DNA of 64,000 bases from positions 1 through 64,000 of the forward strand of contig CAXXWX010000005.1 in assembly GCA_963675745.2 (NCBI GenBank), in the 5' to 3' direction. Shown in pieces: positions 1-8,333 of the stretch. Position numbers and translations under genes: made by a program. The notes below the pieces were generated by a model that worked only from the letters and a program-made list of their open reading frames with translations, had not been told where the DNA came from and did not search any database. Numbering within the stretch: the stretch's first letter is position 1; each line of letters starts with the position of its first letter. The stretch is from Phycisphaerae bacterium (lineage in GTDB: Bacteria > Planctomycetota > Phycisphaerae > UBA1845 > Fen-1342).

Positions 1-388
1 CGTCAATGATTCCGATGCGCTGCGCGGCGGCATTCGGAACCTGGCCGTATGCACGCTCCACGACCCGGCCCGGCCCCAGCCATACCTTCAGGCAGGTCAC
101 CAGCCACGAAACCGACAACCAGCCACCTGCGCCAGGCGTACTGCACGTGAACTAGAATCTGCGAACATGAGACACCCTCGTCGTTAGAGAATCCAGGAAA
201 GCGCGCGATAGACACTCAGACGGCTTCAATCTCGCCGTTGCGACGTTGCCGACCAACGCCCGCGGTCGAAGTCGTTCGCGCGCAATCTTATCGAAACGCC
301 CAATCCGCCAGCCAGATTGAAAACCACACGCCACCTGGGACGCATGTGCCGGCGGTCAGGGAGACGTCGGCGGCCGGCGCGCCTGGGC

Positions 389-797
389 TTCGCGTCGACG
401 TACGCCGTGTCATCCATCAGCGTGGTCTCATCGGTGTAGTCGCCGTCGTCGTCGGCCTGCCCCTTGACGCCGCTCAAGGTGTCAAGGGTGTCGACCCAGA
501 AGCGCAGGCGTTGCAACGCCGCGTTGTTGGGGTCGTCGTCGACCACGACCTTGGCGGTGTACCAGTTGCCGCTGGCGAGGCTGACGGTCGAGCCGGACTG
601 GAGCACCCACTCGGTCTCCGCCCGGCTGGTCGTTTGCCGCCCCAGCCAGACCGAGCCGTCATAGCCTTGTCGAGATCGAGCACCAGCCACTCGCGCGGGC
701 TCAACCAGCGAACGACAAAGCCGCGGACACGTATCGTCGTTCCACCTCAGCGTCCACGTCGCCACTCGATGATCGGCAAACGTCGCCGTACTTGTCA
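389..797 (-). pseudogene. Degenerate Rhs N-proximal (lectin-like) fragment E; no Rhs core or toxin tip
   Basis: Translates to WNDDTCP..YDGSVWLGR..QSGSTVSL.SGNWYTAKVVVDDDPNNA.LQRLRFW.DT..DDDGDY.DETTL..DTAY.DA, homologous to ~6283-6633; carries compensating frameshifts and a 33-bp insertion. Confidence 0.85.
454..486. repeat. 33-bp in-frame palindromic (REP-like) insertion in Rhs fragment E
   Basis: Absent from the paralogous copy (~6345-6360); stem CCCTTGACGCC (461-471) / GGTGTCAAGGG (478-488). Confidence 0.75.
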
Positions 798-1355
798 GTC
801 GGTATCGCCGCTGCCTGCCGTGCGCCACGTGCATATGAGCAGCCCGAATCCTGCCACGCTCAGCAGTACCGATAAGCCATACGCCAATACCCAGGTGAGC
901 GCTGCTAGCCCATAAAGGGGATGTAGCTGGTGAAGCAAGGCGAACACAGCTCCCCAAACACCTGCGCTAATCAGGAATGCACTGGCAACACTCGGTGCCG
1001 ACGTACACGGGAGTGCAGCGCCCATGCCATTCAAGATCGCGATGCGCGTGACCGAGTACGCACCACAAAACACATTGCCGTAACACAGCTCATGCCACGC
1101 ATCCCCTCCGCGCACCAGTACTGACCGGATCTCGTAGATCAGGAGGACCAGCAGCACAAGCGCCAGCGCGCCAAGACATGAAGCTGTCAGGCGCGCCGCT
1201 ATGCCGGGGCCCGCAATGCACACGACACATAGCACCATTGCTGCCATGGACAAAACGGTGGCAGCAGCGCAGTGGATGAGGCTGCCGTAGGCATGCCAGT
1301 CCCCTGGACTGAGCACGAAGAGGAGCCTAGGAATTCCGTCTGCGCCCATGCGCAA
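795..1355 (-). CDS. Multi-pass membrane protein, candidate orphan immunity/partner (5' end probably lost)
   Basis: 186-aa ORF with several hydrophobic segments, atypical codon use, and the same position as the other partner genes. Confidence 0.5.
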   Translation of the reverse strand: MRMGADGIPRLLFVLSPGDWHAYGSLIHCAAATVLSMAAMVLCVVCIAGPGIAARLTASCLGALALVLLVLLIYEIRSVLVRGGDAWHELCYGNVFCGAYSVTRIAILNGMGAALPCTSAPSVASAFLISAGVWGAVFALLHQLHPLYGLAALTWVLAYGLSVLLSVAGFGLLICTWRTAGSGDTD

Positions 1356-1403
1356 CTGCAGGTCAGTGCAACTGCCCGTGGTAGCGACAAGCCAGACATA
1401 ATA

Positions 1404-1616
1404 GGGACAGTCACCGGTTTACACCTTCATTTCGCGTCCTTTCGCTTCGCCTTCCGCGGTCGGTCGATCGGCAGCGGGCGTAATCACCCGCGGAGCCTGC
1501 GCTGCAGCTTACAGAGAAAGCTGTCCGAGGCCAATAGCCGCCGGGTGCGTGGCCCCCCGTAGCCGATACATTTCCGAATCGCCCTGCAACATGCATGAGA
1601 AATAGGTGACTGTCCC
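1404..1616 (-). mobile_element. Remnant of a REP-associated (RAYT/IS200-like Y1) transposase C-terminus between inverted REP-like cores
   Basis: GGGACAGTCACC (1404-1415) and GGTGACTGTCCC (1605-1616) are exact inverted copies; the interior reads, with a frameshift and a stop, RLRGATH-GRLLASDSFLCKLQRRLRG*LRPLPIDRPRK, resembling the TGRPLGSxxFxxxLExxLGRxLxPxxxGRPxK tail I recall for this family. Confidence 0.6.
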
Positions 1617-1619
1617 GGG

Positions 1620-1763
1620 TTACCGAGAAGTTCTCGTCATCGACGTAGCCGAAGACCAGCCCGACCTCGTCGCAGCCGCTGTCGAGCGTGGCGGTGCACT
1701 TGAGCACCACGTTCTTGTAGTGCGTGTCGGAGACCAGGAAGATCGAGCCGGTGCTGACCGGCC
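1620..1763 (-). pseudogene. Rhs N-proximal fragment D
   Basis: PVSTGSIFLVSDTHYKNVVLKCTATLDSGCDEVGLVFGYVDDENF is near-identical to ~7000-7140. Confidence 0.85.
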
Positions 1764-1771
1764 CAAGAGCA

Positions 1772-2488
1772 TCATCGTGACGTCTCTTTTTGCCGACGCA
1801 CCCGATTTCCGCATTCTGGACAGACACCGGAGACATTTCCGGTTAGGCTGTAGCCACACCCTGCGCACAGCCCTTTTCGGCGGCGCATGTGTCGACGTCG
1901 TGGACCGCAGATCAACGACAAGACAGGGTAGCCAGAGAACAGGATTGCGAGAATCCAAAGCCCCAAGGTCAACTTGAGTGTCTGCCGCTGAGCCTCAACC
2001 AGCCCAGTCATCATAAGCGACACGTGCGCGCCTGCAGCCTCGTTCGTGCTGCAAGACGTGCGGTACGATGTCGAACGGCCGCGATACCACGAGAACCCCG
2101 TCAAGCGCGCTAGCTGCCTTGACCAGGATTGCGGTACATCGCGCGCTATCCGGATGTCGCGTCCATCGGCAAGCATCGTTGCTGGATCCGATGAGCAGGT
2201 CGAGAATCCGATAGGTACATGCGAGGGTTGCGCGCGTGACGGCTTCCATGGGGACCTGTGCGCGATCAAGATCTCAATCCTACCGCTGCCTAGCCCCAAC
2301 CGTGCGCAGAAACGCCCGGTTCGAAGGTCACCCTTCCCGTACGCCCAGACCGCAGGTAGGAAATAAGGAGCGTCACCGCAGGCACCACCGAGACATTGGA
2401 CGCCCCAGATCACGGCAGTGGTGATACCAAGACAGGTAAGTGCCACTAGTGTCGCTGAGTGAAAAGCATCTATCCAACGCCGACGCAT
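1772..2488 (-). CDS. Two-TM membrane protein with C-terminal zinc ribbon; putative immunity/partner of cassette C
   Basis: N-terminal TM, loop, second TM, basic stretch RRRHMRRRKGL, then CAGCGYSLTGNVSGVCPECG. Confidence 0.7.
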   Translation of the reverse strand: MRRRWIDAFHSATLVALTCLGITTAVIWGVQCLGGACGDAPYFLPAVWAYGKGDLRTGRFCARLGLGSGRIEILIAHRSPWKPSRAQPSHVPIGFSTCSSDPATMLADGRDIRIARDVPQSWSRQLARLTGFSWYRGRSTSYRTSCSTNEAAGAHVSLMMTGLVEAQRQTLKLTLGLWILAILFSGYPVLSLICGPRRRHMRRRKGLCAGCGYSLTGNVSGVCPECGNRVRRQKETSR

Positions 2489-2736
2489 ATGAATGTCCCA
2501 GCAGAATCGTGTAGACTGTCACGATCGGATCACTTGCAGTGCTGGACCGGAGCACGCCAATACTAGTATTCCGCACCTCACCACCCACCTGCCGGCTCTG
2601 ATGGCAATATACACTCTCTATCTAGTGCGCACCGACTTCAGCCGTGGAACTTTGTTACTGATCGCCAGCCGCCTCACACCGGCTATATTGCTGTTTCGAC
2701 GGGAGACGAACACGCTAGGCTACAGAAGACATCCTC

Positions 2737-4281
2737 CTATTCTTCCCCTGGGGGCTCGGGACAACTCGGGTATCTATCATGAACGAGGCCCTGACATGCT
2801 CTGAGCACGGATTTCGCTGGCATCTGCTGGTTGCAGGTGACCTGCTGAAGGCATCTAACAAGCTCGGTTTGACAGCTCGTCATCCCGTCTTGTGGACAGG
2901 CCGTGTTATTCTCGAGACAGTCAAGGTGCGCGGTGTAAGCCTCGCAGTCTCGTTGCGCCTCGTTCGGATCGTTGAGATCCCGCCGGCACCTAGGCCCCGT
3001 ACAGGGAGGATAGACCCGAGTGCAGGTAAATTGCCCCTGCCGCACGCCCTCATGAACTTCCAGACATACTCTTCTGCACGAACCCTCGGGAAGACCAGGA
3101 TCATAACACGTCATTGTACGACATCCGTCGTCGCCCTCCGGGAGGGGCCCCATCGTCTCGAGGCAGCAAAACGTCGCAGCCCCAGCACCGGCACCAGCCC
3201 CTCCCTCGGCCCAATGACCCATAGCCTCTAGTTCTTGACAGGCCTTATCACAGTCTGCATCAAACTCCTCTAGGCCGAGTGGATCTACGTATTCCGGGGG
3301 ACTGTTGCCAAATGCCCTGTAATGAGTGGCGCCAATGAATGGGCGCCGTGGATCACGTTGCACATATGAGATCAGGGTGCTGGAGTAGTCTCTCCACCGA
3401 TTCTGATAGCAGAGTTTCTCGGCGTCGAATGGCAATCCCTGATGGGTGAAGACGTTGCCGATGATTGAGGTTAGTCGGGCGTCGGCTTCGTTGTTGCCGC
3501 TGGCGGCGCCTTTGAGGACGGTGAAGGTGCCGTAGGGGGTGTAGGTGTAGCGTTCGACGACCTGGCCGTTGGTGGGCGTGTTGGGGTCGTTCGGGTCAGG
3601 GGAATACGCCGTCAGGGCCTGGACGTTCCAGTTGCGGTCCTGGTGGACGAAGTAGCGCGCGTCGTCATCGGTGTCGTTCGGGTCGGCCACGTCGGGGTCG
3701 CAGTCGTTGCCGTTGGCGGCGTCGCCGTTGATGTCGATGCAGATCAACTCGTCGGTGTAACGCGTGCCCCAGACGTATTGACGGACCGCCTCATTCGAGC
3801 CGTTGCGTTCCTCGATGATCCGCCAGCGGTTGTCGTAGTAATAATGCAGCGTGGTGTTTCCGCCGTCGTTGGGGACGTCCTCGACGCCGGAGTTGGTGAC
3901 CACCTTCTGCGTCCGGCGGTTCTTCCCGTCGTATTCGTACTCGGCGATAGTCGTCGCATCGTTGGGGTCGTCGGCGTCGTAACGTTGCACCTGGCGCAAG
4001 CGGTTCCAGGCGTCGTAGACGTAGTTGAAGACGCCGTCGCGAGCGAGATTTCCGTTGTCGTCGTACACCAGCGTCACGTTGCTCGAGTTGAAGTCGTCGC
4101 GGGACTGGATAGCGTCACCCGCGTCGAGGTAATCCCCATCACTATTATTATCCAACCCGATCACCACGTCGTCACATTCCTGCGTCAAAGCTGTGTCCCA
4201 CCACCAGGCGTAGAGGCCGACGTAGCCGGCCGACCAGTTCGCATCGATATACGCAACATCGTCGATCAGCGTGGTTTCGTC
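2737..4281 (-). pseudogene. Orphan Rhs cassette C: 5'-truncated Rhs core plus Cys-rich C-terminal tip (degenerate zincin-like)
   Basis: YD/Rhs-core motifs YDDNGNL, YDAWNRL, VVERYTYTPYG, YQNRWRDY, PPEYVDPLGL; frame open from ~4281 with no proper start; tip has 19 Cys, HEGVR and DCEAY. Confidence 0.85.
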
Positions 4282-4838
4282 GACATCGTGATCGACGTCT
4301 GCTGGTCATACGGTGTACCACATTCAGAGCATCGCTCGTCGACGCATCCCCGCAGATCGTAGCCACAGGTTCGACATAGCATCATCAACTTGCGCCGCCA
4401 CCCCCAGTAGAGGAAGGTCAGCGAAAGCACCGCCACGAGGACACACGCGAGAGCGGGTAGCCACACGGGAACAAACATAAACGAAAAGGAAACACCCGGC
4501 ATCACGGAGCGCGAGTCATACCAGGGTATGTCATGCGCGGGGCTGGATCGCGCCGTTCTGCAGATCGCGTCCTCGCGCACAACGTCTATGTACGTTCGTA
4601 TCAACTGTGATTCTCACTGACCAACTCGCGTCGGCCACACAGCCCAAGCAATGGCGATGCTGTGATGGCACACGTCAATCGCGAGCCATGCATTCTCACG
4701 CACATGTAGTTCATACGGGCCGTGGAAACACAGATCGGCGACCAAGAGGCATAGCGTGCTGAGGAGTGCCAATCCGGATACCACCACAAGAAAACGGTTG
4801 TAGCGCGCCATGGCTCTGAGCATAGCAACAGTGCTCAT
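4266..4838 (-). pseudogene. Two-TM zinc-ribbon partner of cassette B, interrupted by an in-frame TGA (4614-4616)
   Basis: ATG 4838 overlaps the toxin stop (ATGA); ORFs 4614..4871 and 4266..4604 are in one frame; ends ..VPVWLP..TM..CRTCGYDLRGCVDERCSECG. Confidence 0.75.
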
Positions 4839-7305
4839 TCTGTGCTCGGGAGTGCGGGACACGCCGGACACTGGCGTTCATCTACTGCCAACACGGCGCA
4901 AAAGGTTGCGATAAGAGCCGGATTCGGATGCCCAGCAGGGCAGTTGGCGGCCGCGGTCACGAGCTTGCAGTCGCACTCGGCGTGCGCGTCAGTGTAACCA
5001 GGGGTACCCGGCTGCTGAATGTCGATGTCGTTGTAGTCATAACACTGATCGTGGTCGCCACAAGCCGCATCGCCACAGTCAGCAGCCGGCCCACGGCCGG
5101 TCGAAGGAACGTTGCACCCACTCGCTGCGCAGTCCTTCTTTGGGCCGCAGCAGTTGCCGTACAAATCCCGAGGATCGCCGGAGAATCTGCAGTTGCCCGT
5201 ACTGCAGTCAAGGTAGAACAAGGGACCGCAGAACGGCGGATCGTCCGGAATGTCATCCCATGGCACACAACGACATCCACCATCGAATATGTAGGTTCCG
5301 CCGAAGCAAGGGCCGTATATCTCGTAGCAGTCCTTCGGTGTACAGGGCTTGTCGCGCGGAGTGGGTTGTGTCGCCGGCGGCCCAGGCTGTGTTGTCGGTG
5401 GCGGCGGTGGTTGCGACGAGGCCGGCGGCAGCGGTGTGGTCGGCTGAGTTGCCGGCGAGCCGGTTGGATCGCGCTGCGCCAGGCGTCCGCCGTACATGAA
5501 GGGGTTGCCGACGTTAGATGACAAGCGCGCGTCGCCCTCGTTCGAGGTTGCGCCGCCGTTCGCCGCGCCTTTGAGCACGAGCGTCTTGCCGGTCGGCGAG
5601 TAGCAGTAGCGCTCGACAATGGCCCCATTCGTCGGCGCGTTGGGATCATTGGGATCAGGGCTGTACGCCGACAGTGCGGCGATGCCTTGGCGGTTGTGGT
5701 GATAGAAGTATCGCGCATCGTCGTCGGCATCGTTGGGATCGGAGGTGTCCGGATCACAGTCGTTGCCGTTTACGGGATCGCCGTTGACATCCATGAGCAC
5801 CAGCCGGTGGTCCGATCCCCAAACATACTGCCTGACGGCTTCATTCGATCCATTCCGCTCTTCGATTAGTGGTGTCGCCCGTAATAGTAGTGCAGCGTGG
5901 TGTTGCCGCCGTCGTTGGGGGCGGCTTCGACGCCGGAGTTGGTTACGGTTTTCTGCGTTCGGCGGTTCTTGCCGTCGTATTCGTACTCGGCGATGGTCGT
6001 GACGTCGTTCGGGTCGTCGGCATCGTAACGCTGCACCTCGCGCAAGCGGTTCCAGGCGTCGTAGACGTAGTTGAAGACGCCGTCGCGCGTCAGGTTGCCG
6101 TTGTCGTCGTACACCAGCGTCACGCTGCTCGAGTTGAAGTCGTCGCGGGATTGGATCGCGTCACCCGCATCGACGTAGTCCCCATCACTATTATTATCCA
6201 ACCCGATGACCACGTCGTCAAATTCCTGTGTCAAAGCCGTGTCCCACCACCAGGCGTAGAGACCGACGTAGCCGGCCGACCAGTTAGCGTCGATGTAGGC
6301 CGTGTCGCTGATCAGCGTGGTTTCATCCGAATAATCGCCGTCGTCATCGGTGTCGATCCAGAAGCGCAGGCGTTGGAGCGTGGCGTTGTTGGGATCGTCA
6401 TCCACGACGACCTTGGCGGTGTACCAGTTGCCGCTGGTCAGGCTGACCGTCGAGCCGGACTGGTAGACCCATTCGGTATCCGCCCGGCTGTTCGTTCGCC
6501 GACCCAGCCAGACCGAGCCGTCATAGCTGTCGAGGTCCACGACCAGCCACTCGCGCGGGCTCAGCCAGCGAACGACGAAGCCCGGGCAGGTATCGTCGTT
6601 CCATTTGAACTTGAACGTGGCGACGTACTTGTCCACGCGCACGCCACGGCGGATCACGCAGTTCTCCAGCACCGTGCCGGCGGGCATCTTCAACGCGTTG
6701 TTATCGGAGTCATCAACCGTCACGCCGCCCTGCTGGCTGAAGTACGTGGCGCTGACGGTGTACGGGCCGGCGACGTCGATGACCTGGAAGTCGTCGAACT
6801 CGTTGTCGGTCCCGTCCGAGACCCACACGCCAACCCGCCCCGGACCGGCCGTGTAGCTGCCGGCGCCGTAGGCCGAGGCTTCCATGTCGATCGGCACGCC
6901 GTCGGTGATGGTGACGCCGTCGATGTCGCGGCTGATCCACGAACCGCTGGTGACCTGGTAGGTGTAGGCGTAGTTGGCCGACTCGCGGTAGATTTTTACC
7001 CAGAAGTTCTGGTCATCGATATAACCGAAGACCAGCCCGACCTCGTCGCAGCCGTTGTCGAGCGTGGCGGTGCACTTGAGCACCACGTTCTTGTAGTGCG
7101 TGTCCGAGATCAGGAAGATCGACCCGGTACCGACCGGCGGGCCGAGGCCGGTGGCGACGCTCGAGCAGCTCAGCTTGCCGGACGAGGCGCTCCAGGTACC
7201 GTCGGTGGTGTTGGGATCGCCGTCCAACTCGCCAATCTCCCAGCCGACGGTATCGTTGTGGGCGAAGTCGTCATCGACCCAGTAACGGATCGCTTCGCCG
7301 GTTAC
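4835..7305 (-). pseudogene. Orphan Rhs cassette B: lectin-like beta-sandwich region, Rhs core (frameshift at ~5870) and PLA2-like Cys-rich tip
   Basis: ORF 5866..7227 (open upstream to ~7305, no start) ends HYYYGRHH*; the adjacent frame continues LIEERNGSNEAVRQYVWG into ORF 4835..5800; tip has YGNCCGP..D..C..HDQCY..CDCKL. Confidence 0.85.
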
Positions 7306-7347
7306 GGATGAAGAAGGCCGCGAAGTGGAAGCGACAAACGGCGGCTA

Positions 7348-7446
7348 TGGGGCTGTTGAAAAACTGCCGCACGGAGGAGTAGACCCCGGTTTGTGGCGCA
7401 GCAGGCCAGTTGGGTGTTGCGTAGGGACACTTGTTCAACAGCCCCA
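7348..7446. mobile_element. 99-bp MITE with TGGGGCTGTTGAA terminal inverted repeats
   Basis: 7348 TGGGGCTGTTGAAAAA ... TTGTTCAACAGCCCCA 7446 (13-bp perfect IR, 15/16 extended); GGCTGTTGAAAAA-type ends resemble IS5/IS1182 IRs; no clear TSD. Confidence 0.65.
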
Positions 7447-7459
7447 CTGTCCCTTGCGC

Positions 7460-7525
7460 CTACTTGAATTCGTACGTGGCGACGTACTTGAACAGGCCGC
7501 CGTTGGTGAGGTATCTACTATCGTC
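7460..7525 (-). pseudogene. Chimeric Rhs micro-fragment
   Basis: Reads DDSRYLTNGGLFKYVATYEFK*, joining a DDNGNLTRDGVFNYV-like piece to a KYVATFKFKW-like piece at a shared AAxTACGTC. Confidence 0.5.
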
Positions 7526-7550
7526 CGTCGCCTTTAGTCGCGTACACAGG

Positions 7551-8126
7551 TTAATCATAGAACCATAGCACATAGGTTACACCGAGCCAGCAGTATCCGA
7601 GCATGCTAGCACACAACAGATATCGACTTCGTCTGCTCACAGGGAGTCTGGCCCGGAATGACAGATACTCGCTGGACAGTACACAGAACCAGCTAACACA
7701 AGCCAACACAGCTGGTGTTCCTATACACCATGTAATATACATGCGCCCCGCGTCACCAAAGGGACTGTCATGTCCGTACGGTGAACCCGCTGGGAAGACG
7801 ATGTAGCTTGCGTGCGTAATGACGAATGCTAGGTGGATCAGGCACGCTGCGCTTAGGAGCAATGTGGCGATGGCCAATATACGGCGCACCGATAGGACAT
7901 AACGGTTTCGTACTACTTGTGATTCGCATGTATCCATCCCGCATTCAGGACACAAGCCGGAGGTGTTTCCGGTTAGGTTGTAGCCGCAGTTGACGCAAAC
8001 ACCATCCCCACATCCGCGCCGCGGTAGACACATGATGGGCGTGGTTAGCAGCATGCCCAGCGAACCGATGATCCAGCCGTCCAGCAGCATCCTCCTCCTG
8101 ACCAGCTTCTCACGCACACCGGCCAC
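7551..8126 (-). CDS. Membrane protein with internal zinc ribbon; putative immunity/partner of cassette A
   Basis: TM, CVNCGYNLTGNTSGLCPECG, then about three further TMs; start uncertain. Confidence 0.65.
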   Translation of the reverse strand: MAGVREKLVRRRMLLDGWIIGSLGMLLTTPIMCLPRRGCGDGVCVNCGYNLTGNTSGLCPECGMDTCESQVVRNRYVLSVRRILAIATLLLSAACLIHLAFVITHASYIVFPAGSPYGHDSPFGDAGRMYITWCIGTPAVLACVSWFCVLSSEYLSFRARLPVSRRSRYLLCASMLGYCWLGVTYVLWFYD

Positions 8127-8333
8127 GGCGCAAACACGTGCTCAGAGGCGCTTTGTGGCACGCCGCCATGTGGCGCCGTGCCACGGTCCCAACGGACCGT
8201 GGGTCGCATTTGGCGTGAATTGGCACCGAGATTCGGGTTGTCGTGAGTTCGCTAGCGTCCTTCCAACGCTGTGAATATGAGCAGTCGGCAGCACGGTTTC
8301 GCGCAGAATGAGCGGGCACATGTTCTCTTAGAT

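Noticed and set aside
3..388. Short ORFs at the left edge
   Set aside because: No recognisable motif; truncated by the window
4614..4616. Selenocysteine or genetic-code reassignment of TGA
   Set aside because: TGA terminates purD, tldD and other genes here; the context is a decaying cassette
3643..7311. Long plus-strand ORFs (3643..4362, 5869..7311)
   Set aside because: Antisense shadows of high-GC Rhs coding sequence; the same applies to many V/G/R-rich opposite-strand ORFs elsewhere
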